A stretch of DNA of 63,395 bases, filler included, from Octopus bimaculoides (Eukaryota): NCBI RefSeq assembly GCF_001194135.2. It is 4 parts of 4 records of this genome, joined end to end, with 100 filler letters (N's around TTAATTAATTAA, not from the genome) between each part and the next. Parts side by side here need not be neighbours in the genome. Positions count along the whole stretch, not along the records: positions 38,939 to 55,211 come from NC_068992.1; 3 more parts are not named here. One strand, given 5' to 3'. The notes beneath the pieces are model-generated. The model was not told the origin of the DNA and made no database searches. It saw only the letters and a list, made by a program, of their open reading frames with translations. Of the stretch, positions 39,655 through 51,130 are shown in pieces; within the stretch, counting starts at the first letter, position 1, and each line of letters opens with the position of its first letter. Both the position numbers and the translations under genes were made by a program.

Positions 39655-40460
39655 GAACATCATCATCATCATTGTTTAACATCCTCCTTCCATGCTGACA
39701 TGGGTTGGATGGTTTGACAAGAGCAGGCCAGGCAAGAGCCTAGACCATGCTTCTGTGTCTGTTTCTGGCATGGTTTTTGCAACTGGAAGCCCTTCCTAAC
39801 ACCAACCACTCCACAAAGTGAGCTGAGTGCATTTTACGTGGCACTTGGACAGGCAAAGTCAATTTTGGCATGGTTTTTACAGTGTGAACTGGGTGCTTTT
39901 CAAGTGACATCTGCACTGGCAGGGTCACCAAGTAATTTTGCAAGACAAGGAATCTTTGAGAGGGGATGGGGAATTGGAGGAGGTGATCTTGTGTCAGATG
40001 ATGAAAGGTTAGTGTGACAGAGACAGAAACAGATGTCTTGCTGTAGAGGAGGTACATGCTTACCCAGAAAGAGAAAGAGAGCAAAAGTTAACAAGAATGA
40101 GGGCAGAAACAGGTATACTACTGAAGAGGAGTGGCATGGTTACCTAGAGGGGGGGGGGGTTAACAAGAAAGAGGTGTGCTGCTGTAAAGGAGACACATAG
40201 TTACCTAGCCAGAGGTAAGAGCAAAAGGAGGGAGAGAGAATTATCAAGAATGAGGGTAGAAACAGGTTTGTTGCTGTAGAGGAAATACATGATTACTCAA
40301 CCAGAGGGAAGAGCAAAAGAGAGAGAGAGAGAGAAAGAGTAGGAGACAGCAAGAGCAGGAGAGGGACAGCAAGAGCAGTAAGTGCCAGGGTATACTCGTA
40401 AGGAACGGGATCAGGGTGCAGATGGGATGGTAGAGTAAGGAAGAGAGAGATGAATAGTGG
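39655..40460 (-). mobile_element. Long family F/RTE-related element with internal degenerate 70-100 bp tandem repeats
   Basis: The family F 3' module at 39660-39850 continues into a purine-rich block with four related units (CAGAAACAG...GCTGTAGAGG...CATG.TTAC) at 40022-40320. Confidence 0.55.
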
Positions 40461-40799
40461 CAGGNNNNNNNNNNNNNNNNNNNNNNNNNNNNNNNNNNNN
40501 NNNNNNNNNNNNNNNNNNNNNNNNNNNNNNNNNNNNNNNNNNNNNNNNNNNNNNNNNNNNNNNNNNNNNNNNNNNNNNNNNNNNNNNNNNNNNNNNNNNN
40601 NNNNNNNNNNNNNNNNNNNNNNNNNNNNNNNNNNNNNNNNNNNNNNNNNNNNNNNNNNNNNNNNNNNNNNNNNNNNNNNNNNNNTTTTTTTTTTTTTTTT
40701 TTTTGTCTTACTTTGTTTTAAGTAGCCTGCAGCTCTCTTTGCCTGATATAATACTTGTTCCTGAAGTTTGTCTTTGTATTTCTTTCAATTTATTTTCAG

Positions 40800-40867
40800 T
40801 TAAAGCATTTCTTCAAAGATACCATAAATGTTCTGATTTGGGATATGGAATCTATGTTATGGATACT
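40800..40867 (+). CDS. Candidate exon or pseudo-exon (68 nt); inverted paralog of 39226-39296
   Basis: tttattttcag acceptor; KAFLQRYHKCSDLGYGIYVMDT; differs from the other copy by a frame-preserving 3 nt indel. Confidence 0.35.
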
Positions 40868-40918
40868 GTGAAGAAAGAGTTGTCTAGGATTTGAAATAGA
40901 TGGGAAAAGAAGGAAATA

Positions 40919-42002
40919 TTGGGTCATCCCGTAGATAATGTGTTTTTTTTTTATACTTCTTTTTTTTCTATCCAAATGCTTTTGAAGACTGCAGAGTAAA
41001 TGATAATCAGATGGGGCAATGTCTGATGAATATGGTAGGTGGATTATCGTTTCCCATTCAAACTGCTCCAGCCTTTGGAATGTCATCCTCTCTGTACGTG
41101 GCCGAGCATTATCCTGATGGAAGAACACCTTTCATCTTGAAACCAAAGATGGTTGTTTTCCTTCTAGTGCTGACTTAAGCCACTCAAGCTGCTCACAGTA
41201 GAACTCCTTTGTTATCATTTGGTTTGGGCTTAACAGTTCAAAGTGGACTAAACCTTTCATATCCCACCAAACAGATAACAACACCTTATGTGGGTGAAGA
41301 TCTTCTTTAGCCTGGGGTGCTGGTGTTTCTCCTTTTCCTACCCACTGTCTTCAGCACTTGACATTTTTATAGAGAAGCCATTTCTTGTCACCAGTCACTA
41401 TTTGGTCCAAAAACAGTTCAATCCTGAGATGTGGCAACAAAGAAGAGCACACATTCACTCTCTGCATGTGATTAGACTTGGAAAGTTTGAGGAACCCATT
41501 GACCCAATTTGCTGACTTTTCCAATGGCATGCAGGTGTTGATGAATGGTTGAATGACCAAATCCAAGCTTCTCTGCTAGTTCCTCACCAGTTACAATGAG
41601 ATATTGTTCCACCAGGGTATGCAAGTTGTCCTCGTCAAGCTCTACAGATCTTCTAGGATGAGGCTCGTCTTCTAGGCTGTAGTTTCTGGCTTGGAATTTC
41701 TGGAACCAACATTGACACTGGCTTACACTTATTGTCTGATACCCATATACTGCATTAATATTCCTCATACTTTTGGTTGCGTTGTTGCTTTTATTGAACT
41801 CATAAAACAAAATATACTCCTTTGAAAAAGTAGCTGTTAATATCGAACTGCACTCTTCAAAACATGCACTAAGAATAAGTACAAGGTAAAATTACTACCT
41901 GCTTTTATAGCAAGATGATGCAGGTAGTTTATCCTGTCCCCCTCCGACTTTTAGTTCATGCAATTGAAAAAAAAAAAACGCATTATTTATGGGATGACCC
42001 AA
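40919..42002 (-). mobile_element. Mariner element (1084 bp) with TIRs and TA target duplication; decayed DD34D transposase with a 3' deletion
   Basis: TIR TTGGGTCATCCCRTARATAATG at both ends; TA at 40917-40918 and 42003-42004; motifs MFYEFNKSNNATKSMRNINAVYG, GQWVP, IVTGDKKW, HQDNARP and HLPYSSDIAPSDYHL. Confidence 0.93.
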
Positions 42003-42560
42003 TATATGACTGATTCAGAAGACAGAAGGAAGTTGGAACTGACAAATGCTGGTTGTGGTTGAGAACTGGAAACCTGAGAAGAGAAACTGAATCACTAATT
42101 ACAGCTGAAAGATTGATCAAAATTAGATAGACAGCAAATGCAGAATATGCCAAAAGGAGATGCAAGTATTAACCATCTACTAAGTGAGACAGTAAGATAG
42201 CACAAAATGAGTATAATGTAGTGGTAACTGACTGATAATGTTAGCAATGTCTGTAGATTTGATTTGATGTAAAAGTGGCATGAACACAAGACATAGGTTG
42301 TCATTGTGAATGATAATTACAAGATTTCTTCATAAAGGCTGAGTATACTATGAAAGCAAAGAGATCAGATGTGATCATGGAAGACAAAAAGAACAAATAC
42401 AGTAAACTAATTGATTTTGTTATCCCATATAATAGTAGATGGCATATCAAGGAAGTTAATCAAAGAAATTGAGAAATATGAACATTAAACCTAAGAGATG
42501 AGGTTGGGGAACACAAAGGTGAAAATTGTTCCTGTGGTAACTGATGCATTTGTACAACAA
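42003..42560 (+). mobile_element. R4/Dong-type non-LTR retrotransposon C-terminal fragment (RLE endonuclease), left part at about 40895-40918
   Basis: WLWLRTGNLRRETESLITA, WHEHK, KRSDVIMEDKKNKYSKLIDFVIPYNSR and EIEKY...NTKVKIVPVV match the R4/Dong PD-(D/E)xK domain pattern. Confidence 0.8.
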
Positions 42561-42782
42561 AATTGAGGTGGCTTTATGTCAAGAATAAAATATGAGAGGG
42601 ACAAGCTACAGAGGGAATACATGGCTGCCACATTATACAGAAGTGGGTGGGAACAGTTGAGAGGAGATAAAGATGATAATGATGCAATACCAGAGGAAAT
42701 TCTCAAAGAAAAGGAAAGTGAACATAAGAGAGGGTACAAACAATAGGTTAGGAGAGGGAAAGGAAGGACTGAGTATATTTAT

Positions 42783-43036
42783 AAATGTTGGTTGTGGTTG
42801 AGAGATGGAAACCTGAGAAGAGAGACTGAATCACTAATTACAGCTGAAAGATTGAACAAAATCATATAACAAATATAGAATATGCCAAAAGGAGATGAAA
42901 GAATTAACCATCTACTGAGACAGTAAGATAACACAAAATGAATATAATGTAGTGGTAACTGATTGATAATGTTAGCAATGTCTGTAGATTTGATTTGATG
43001 TAAAAGTGGTATGAACACAAGACATAGGTTGTCATT
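42783..43036 (+). repeat. Direct duplicate of 42044-42305 (R4/Dong segment)
   Basis: Colinear about 255 bp copy, from AAATG(C/T)TGGTTGTGGTTGAGA to GACATAGGTTGTCATT. Confidence 0.9.
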
Positions 43037-43039
43037 AAG

Positions 43040-44130
43040 GGAAAAGTAACAGATGATTAGAAATGGGAGTAGAGGAGGTATGCTTGATGGGGAATATCTA
43101 TATGGAAAGGAGATAAATTGAGAGATAGAATGGCTCATAAAGGATAGATGGGGGTGACGATGTGCAAGGTGTAGGAGTGGAAATGAGCAACAGGATGATG
43201 TTGGAGTGGAAAGGAGGGAGATGTAAGGGTACATAAGGGTGGTTATAGTGAGTGGGAAATGATGGCATGTATGCAAGAGTGCCAAGAATGAAATATAATG
43301 GGATGTGGCAGAGGAGAGAGACAATTGAAAGCATAGAAGGGTAGTCAGTGAAATAGCATGGATGGAGAAAAGAGGTTAATGGGGAAGGAGATAATTGGTT
43401 GTGCAAAGAAAGTGAGAGGAGTAGTATGTGCCAACACTCTCAAATCATTACAGCCACTAGGTAGTGCCATAGATAGTGAGGTGATTGAGGGCTGTTTGTC
43501 AGGGCAATGAGACGTGAGGAATGCTTAATGGGGTAGAATAGGTCACAAGTATAACCAGAATGCTTTTAGCACATCGTATTTGCTGTGTTATGTTTTTCTT
43601 GAGTACAGCAAATTTCCAACTGCCTCATTCGTTTGTCATCTCTTCTATAAGGCACATGTTAAAATCAACCACCACTACTTCGTTCCATGTCTTCCTGGGT
43701 CTCCTCTTTCAAAAGTAACTGGCACTTCTTTATGCAACTGTCCTTATCCATAGGCATCATATCACCAAACCAGTGCAGTCGTCTTTCTTGCACACTACAT
43801 CTGATTCCTCTTAGCACTCTGTTGTACATGCCCAACCAATGGATTGTGCTAACTTCATTACTCTCTAGTCTTTGCATATCCTCTGCATTCACAGCCTACA
43901 TCTCACTATCATGTAGCATTGCTATTTAAATACAAGCATCATACACTCTGCCTTTCATTCAGAGAGAGAGAGAGACCTTTTGTAGCCAATAGAAGTAATT
44001 TTCTCTATCCTATTCTTATTTTAGCAATCGTACTTTCAAAACATTGTCCTTTACTGCTAATTAGGTCACCAAGATTACTGAAATTATTCACTACTTCTAA
44101 TGTCTTCAGGGCATTTTAGAAAATCTATTT
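43040..44130 (-). mobile_element. RTE-clade LINE 3' fragment
   Basis: LEVVNNFSNLGDLISS...LLATKGLSL, KGRVYDAC...LHDSE..AVNAEDMQRLESNE and GIRCSVQERRLHWFGDMMPMDKDSCIKKC are typical of the RTE RT C-terminus. Confidence 0.8.
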
Positions 44131-44959
44131 CCTATGTGTCCTTAGTTTTTATGGCCCCTGCAAAGTCTTGTTGATTTTGTTTCTGCACTCACAGTGCCCT
44201 GAAGGATTTTCTTTTTTGGTGTGTGAATTAGTGCTTGTAAGTTCATACTAACTCCTCCTCAGCATGTCATTTCTTGTGACCTATGCACTCACAACTTGCT
44301 CATATTGTGTACAATAACAATGAACCAGAAATCAATGAGCCTGTGGGCAAATATGTGATACATGAAGCTTCTGTTGCCTCACCTCAAACAGTTACAAGAG
44401 GCCAAGCCCCTTTCATTTTTAGCAAGTGCTGTTTTAGTCATTTTTGCTTGCTCCTATATGTGTTGTTTAAGCACACTTCTCTTATGTCTTTTGTTTCTCT
44501 TCGAGCCAACTTATGTCCAGACATTCTTTGTGGTTCATAAAACTTATTCCACTTATTGAACTTGTGTTCATTATGTAGTAAATGTAGTGGGTGACAATTA
44601 GTAAAGAAACATAAAACTGAGTTGCTGAATTTATATGCAACTCTTTGTGTTCTAAGTTCAAATACAGTATGTACTGGGATCTCCTTAATTAGCTACATTT
44701 CGTTCTTAAAATTAAGCTTACATATCTGAACTTTACACACGAAGAGACCTGATTAAATATTGCAAATTCTTTTTTTATACCGCTTTACTGCTAATTGTTC
44801 ACATTATAAAATGTAATTAAAATAACAAATATATATAAAAGTAAGGATATGAGATAATTATATTTCTACCTTTCCAAAGGGGGTTTGTAGCATAAAACTC
44901 AAACAGGCTTGAAAAGTCAGTTAATCAAGATTAGATATTATGGTATTTATCACGATATA

Positions 44960-46182
44960 TTAGGTTGGCAAAAAAGTTTGTAGTATTTTTTAGTTGATGT
45001 TTAATCACATGACAGGAATATATGACATATATATATATTTTCTGAAAGAGATCTCCACAATTTTTTTTATTTGAATTTTGTGGAGATTATTTACTTCTAC
45101 AGTTTTTATGATAAAACTGAAAATGAAGGAAAATGAAATACATTTTCGTCATTTAATGCTCTTTTATTTCCAGAAAGGAAAAAGCACTGCACAAACAACA
45201 AAGACGATATGTGCTGTTTATGGAGATGGTGTCATAGATGAAAGTACTGTTCGAAAGTGGTTTGCTAAGTTGATAACCGAAAATTTTGACCTGGAAGATT
45301 GTGAATGTTCCGGCAGGCCTACAGACTTTAATAAAAAATAATTCATGTCACGCATCATGAAACATCGCAGAGATTCTCCATGTATCTCATGTGAGTGTTA
45401 TAATGCAGTTAAAAACACTTGGTTACATGAACTGCTATGATATTTGGGTGCCTCGTAACTTACATGTTGGAATAAAGAATGGAAAAAACTTAATAGAAAT
45501 CATTTCCATAATTCCATCTGCAATTCTCTGCTCAGATGAAAAAAAAATGATCGATATTTGTAAAGAATGATCATGTGTGATGAGAAATGGATTATTTACA
45601 ACATAAATGAAAAAGGTCCTGGGGAAAATGAAATGAACTGCCTTCAATCTCTCCAAAAGCTGGTCTGTATCTGAAGAAGGTGATGCTCTGTATCTGGTGG
45701 GACTAGAAGGACATTAAATTCAGACTATTATTGTTACCAATTAGACTGATTAAAGGAGGCAATTGATGAAAAATGTCCAGAATTAGCTAACCAAAAGGGT
45801 GCTGTCTTACATCAGGACAACACCAGACTGCATGTTTCTTTGTAGACCAGGCAGAAGTTGGTGCAGCTTGGATAGGATGTCCTACCCCACCCACCATATT
45901 CACCTGACCTTGCACCTTTGGATTATCATTTACTCTGATCCCTACAAAATTCTCTTAATGGGAAGAACTTCGATTCTTTAAAAGAGTGTAAAAACTACTT
46001 AGACCAGTTTATGAACCAGAAAGATGCCAATTTCTGGGAGGATGGGATCATGAAGTTGCCTCAAAGATGGCGAAAGGTAATGTAGCAAAATGGGAGATAT
46101 GTGGTTGAGTAATGTACAACTATCTAATTATTGTTAATGAATTTTACTTAAAAAAACACAATGAACTTTTTTACAAACTCAA
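44960..46182 (+). mobile_element. Near full-length mariner element (1223 bp), mellifera-like, decayed transposase 45123-46112
   Basis: Left TIR TTAGGTTGGCAAAAAAGTTTG and a degenerate right TIR, TA on both sides; MKENEIHFRHLMLFYFQKGK...CAVYGD, WVPRNL, MCDEKWI, HQDN and HPPYSPDLAPLDYHL. Confidence 0.92.
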
Positions 46183-46376
46183 TAAATTTGGCATACATAA
46201 CCAATTAAAGGACTCTGAATTCTGAGCATAGAGCTGAAACAATTTTTTGAAATTAGCCTAGTGCTCTACAAATTTTGTCATTCAATAGTAAAAGGTATTT
46301 TTTCTTTGTTTTCTGTATTCCTGTGTTTTATACAAATGAAATCACAAGAAAGAAAATAAAACTGCAAAAATCCAAG

Positions 46377-48238
46377 TGGCACGATTCTTCTGAGTGTCCT
46401 CTAGACTATTTTATAAGGAAACTTCTGCAGGCATATATAAAGTAGTAGGATGTGCTGGACATAATAGTATCAATAGTTTCTAACTTTTCTTTTCCATGGT
46501 AATCCTGTTAATATTTATTTCAAGAACCTTTCCCAAGGTCTTATGTTGGAATAAAGAATACTTATTTTGATTGTTAACTTTGTTTTATTTCCTTCATTTC
46601 AATCTTCTTGAAATAAACATTATGGATAAACTTTTACATCCTAAACACTTGATGCCATACCAAGCACGAGAGGGTCTGAAAGTTCTCTGGAAGAGAACTT
46701 TCACAAGCTTCTTTACTTCGGTAAGTGCAAATCATGATACTGTGAACAAACTAGATATCTTTATTAATTTTGCGTCGCCAACATTATTCGAATGCATTTC
46801 TGATTGCACTGATTATGACACGGCAATCACAAACCTTGAGAAATTACATATTGCGCCAAGAAATGAGATATATGCTTGACACTGCTTGGCTGCTAGACAT
46901 CAACAGCTAGGAGAAAGCCTTGATGAATATCCTAGTGCTTTGTGGTTGTTTGCTAAAAACTGTACCTTCAAGGACGTAACTGGAGTAATTTATCAACAAG
47001 AAATGATTAGAGATGCTCTTATCAATGGACTTATTGATTACTCCACCTGAATTATTCAATAATTTATCAGCTGATTGTAAACCAATTGCTGTTAAATCTC
47101 AATATTACAGTAAGCCAAATTGAGATTTTATCAAGTTGGAAGTCCAATGCCTCCTGGCTGAAGGCATTATCGAGCCAAGTTGTTGCTGCCAAAGAACACC
47201 AAAAAAAAAAAAAAAAGGATAGTTGTGAATTATTCTCAGACAGTAAATCGTTTCACTCAACTTGATGTATTCCCACTATCTCGGATTTCTGGTCAGATCA
47301 GACATTGTGAATTATAGTGTATACAGAACCATTGATCTCAAACATGCATACTACCAAGTTCTTCTTCGTGATGAAAATAAAAAGTTCACCACTTTTGAAG
47401 CTAATGGCAAACTGTAGCAGTTTACGAGAATGCTAAAAGGAATAACTCATGGTGTTGCTTGTTTTCAACAATCTATACATAAATTTATATATGCAAACAA
47501 TCTAATAGCCACATTTACATATCTAGACAATGTCACTGTCTGTGGCACTGACAAGAGTGATCATGACTTTAATCTTGCTGCATTCATGGAAGCTGTTAAG
47601 CAAAATAACCTTAAATTTAACAAGAACAAGTGTGTATTCTCCATTCGGAAAATTCAGCTTTTGGGATGTGAGGTATCTCATAAAGAGATCAAACCAGATC
47701 CAGAATACCTTCAGTGTGATCTAGAACCATGCAGTGAGAGACCACAAAGTTCCCAATGGGGTATTGAAAATCAAATGACCAGTAATAATTCAACAGTCGA
47801 CAAATATGAATCAAATTTAGTTCCTGTTGGGGCTTCCCCAAATAACTCTTCTGAACTCACCAGATCCAAACTTTATCAACTCTCCTGAGCCTGTCCAGTT
47901 ACCATTATGTTGGTCCCAGCATGCAAGGTGACCCCCCCCCCCAGTTTGGCTTGACCTGTAAATATTCACTGTTCTAGTATGTTCACTCAGAGAAAATGAG
48001 CTGGGGAGAATGATATGATTCTTCTGAGTTTCCTCTAGACTATTTGATAAGGAAACCTCTGCAGGCATATATAATGTAGTAGGATGTGTTGGACATAATA
48101 GTATCAATAGTTTCTAACTTTTCTTTTCCATGATAATCCTGTTAATATTTATTTCAAGAAGAGCAGTTCCCAATGTCTTATGTTGGAGCAAAGAATACTT
48201 ATTTTGATTGTTAACTTTGTTTTATTTCCTTCATTTCA
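46377..48238 (+). mobile_element. Internally deleted Ty3/Gypsy LTR retrotransposon (LTRs 46377-46601 and 48011-48238)
   Basis: Two about 225 bp direct repeats TG...CA differing by roughly 12 substitutions and one small indel; PPT GGGGAGAA before the 3' LTR; gag MDKLLHP...NEIYA.H.LAARHQQLGESLDEY; RT IDLKHAYYQV, TTFEANGKL, YLDNVTV, LKFNKNKCVF; protease, RNaseH and integrase largely missing; flanks CAAG/CAAT. Confidence 0.92.
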
Positions 48239-48581
48239 CAAATTATTCCACTCTTTTCTACTCTCATGAGGCATGGGATTTCAAGGGCTAGCCATACCAA
48301 AACTTTGCTACCAAGTTGGACAAGTTTAAGTAGCTTAAAACTCTCTTGTTTTAATTCTCACATTACCTGCATACCTATTAGAAACAGATAACCCCTATAA
48401 ACCAGTAAGGAAGGTTCTTTTATGTTCGAGTATTTCTGCTTTAAAGGATGGCAATAAATAATGTACTTCAAAAAAGATTGGAATTACCTTGGTCATAGGT
48501 CTGCTCAATCAGAACAAATATGGAGTTAAATAATGTAAACAAAGTAGGTTAAAATAAACACTAAGATTCTTTTTTTTAAGG

Positions 48582-51130
48582 ATACCTCCACATGTGTGTA
48601 CCACTGGCTTTGTCTCTTCGTAACTTTCAGAAAAATGGATATTTTTTAACGAAATGTTCAACAAATACGCTTCAGACAGTGTAGATTCCGATTATATCAG
48701 AATTTGTTGTGATTTAAAAAAATCGAAAAACAAATTTCGTGAATTTCGGAAAATTCACACGCATCGGCTTTGTTTCTTCATAACTTTCAGAAAATACATA
48801 CACACATCATAAATATCTACAAAATGAAACTCGAAATTCGGAAAAAAAATGTGATTTGTGTCGGTATGTATGTGTGTGTGCACGCCTATTTTCTTTTTCA
48901 GGTTAAATAACGATGTAATCATAATTTACACACTCTGAAAGATATTTATAGAAAACTTCATTAAAAAATATCCAATATGTTGAAAGTTATGAAGAAACAA
49001 AACCGGCTCCTGTAAATTTTCTGAAATTCTTTGCCCTGCCCTCTGAAAAAAATTTTTTCAACACAAATTCCGATATAATCGGAATCTATATCATCTGAAG
49101 CGTTTTTGAAGAAAATTTCATCGAAAAATGTCCGTTTTTCTGAAAATTATGAGCAAGTAAAATCGGGTGGCGGGGACACATGTGGAGGTATGCCGAAATG
49201 ATATCTAATCCTGCAATTAAATTTTACATTTATCAATTTTTTCCATAAATAGAATGCCATAGTATTTCTGGTTAATATATAGGGTAAGATCCGGTCACGA
49301 AAAAAAAAAAAAAAAAAATTTCTTTATAATCGTAATCTGTGCCATTTGAACGGTATTTCTATTCATTAATACAATCCATTTTTCTGAAAGTTATGAGGCA
49401 AAAATCGGATCTTGTGAATTTTCCGAAAGTCCTCTCCCCCACCTCCGTTCGTTTCCGCAAATTTTTGCTTTCATATTCGTTTTTTTTTATTATACTTAGT
49501 AGGTTTTTTTTGTTTTTGTTTTTTTTAATTTTCGTGACCGGGTCTTACACGATATATTAACCATATTTCTTTTAGGAATTCAGGAGCAGCAGTAAAATCA
49601 GCAGACGTTAAACGCGTAACTACAGNNNNNNNNNNNNNNNNNNNNNNNNNNNNNNNNNNNNNNNNNNNNNNNNNNNNNNNNNNNNNNNNNNNNNNNNNNN
49701 NNNNNNNNNNNNNNNNNNNNNNNNNNNNNNNNNNNNNNNNNNNNNNNNNNNNNNNNNNNNNNNNNNNNNNNNNNNNNNNNNNNNNNNCAAGAAAATAGAT
49801 ATTTTTTAATGAAATCGCCTACAAACATACCTCGGGCTATGGAGATTCCGGGTACAGGAATTGGGGGGGAAAACAATTGGGGGTTATTTTTGAGAACTAG
49901 TGAGGGCTTCATTGCCTGTTTGTTGCTTCAGTGGAAATCTATGAATGCACAAACGCACAAAACGGAGAAAATTAAACAACTATGAACTTGTTCCGAAACA
50001 CCCCTAAGTGGGGAATAGTTCTCAGAAATAACCCCCAATTATTTTCCCCAAAAATTCCTATGTCCTCGGAATCTACATAGTCCGAGGTATATTTGTACAA
50101 GATTTCATTTTAAAATATCCATTTTCTTGAAAGTTAAGACGAATTGAAGTGGACTCCGGTGAATTTTCCGAAATCCCCCACCTCATCCCCTCCTAAGACA
50201 CTTCCTCCACAAATCCCAAAATTTTGTATATTCGGAATCTAAATGATATAAAACATATTCGTAGAAAATTTTATTAAAAAATATCCATTTTTCTGGATAT
50301 TTTCTGCCCCACCTCAAAGTCTTGGGGGAGGGACAGAAATCTGTAGTTATGCCTGTCAAGGAATATGCATTATGTTAAGATCATTTCTAAGTTAAATACA
50401 TGTTCACTCTTAAACAGGAAATCAAAAATACAATTTCGCATCAAAACATGCCTGTCGAAAAGATATACACCTTCCATCGCCACCCTTTTTCTGTACCAAA
50501 TAATTAATAAGTAAAACATTGTCTTCGGTGAAATGTTTTGCCATCAGATTTGAAAAATATATTTCAATCTAGAGGCAAACATACACCGCAAATCTTCAAC
50601 GCATACTTTCGTATGTACACATGGTACGTATACGTACATTATAAGTAAACATGTCGGCGATCTTACGTCGTAAGATCGCCAACATGTCTAAATATGTTAT
50701 CATAATTATTTAAGAAGAAATAGCGTGCAAACAAAGCGACAGTAAATAATGACTTATTACAGAAATTTATCCGTACTTAATATATTTTACGACCTTAATC
50801 AGTTATTACTTACGCCTGATAAGATCTATAGAATCCGAAATATCAGGAGATGAAAACACTGCACAGGGAAGAATAGCCATATTGAAATAATTATGTGTAA
50901 TACGTCATACATTTATGTGTATTAACGTCTAGGCAATCAGCTTATAAAGGAAGAGTTGGTAAATCGATTTCAGTGTTTGATTTGGTACTTATGGCACACC
51001 TACTCAAGTGCCCCCCCCCCCTCCAATGACTTTATTTCCTCATATCTTTTAGGAAAATGGATTTTTTAAATGAAAATATCAACAAATTCGTTTCATATGG
51101 TGTAGATTCCGATAATATCGGATTTTAGAT
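48582..51130. repeat. Modular foldback / Helentron(HINE)-like repeat cluster
   Basis: An about 110 bp subunit (CATAACTTTCAGAAAAATGGATATTTTTTAATGAAAT...GTAGATTCCGATTATATC) recurs in both orientations, forming palindromes 48582-49191, 49269-49563 and 49791-50126, plus a terminal hairpin at 50649-50687. Confidence 0.75.
50814..50858 (-). CDS. Candidate 45 nt symmetric (phase 1-1) micro-exon
   Basis: ttcttccctgtgcag acceptor and AGGC|gtaagt donor; the only open frame is FSSPDISDSIDLIR. Confidence 0.3.
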
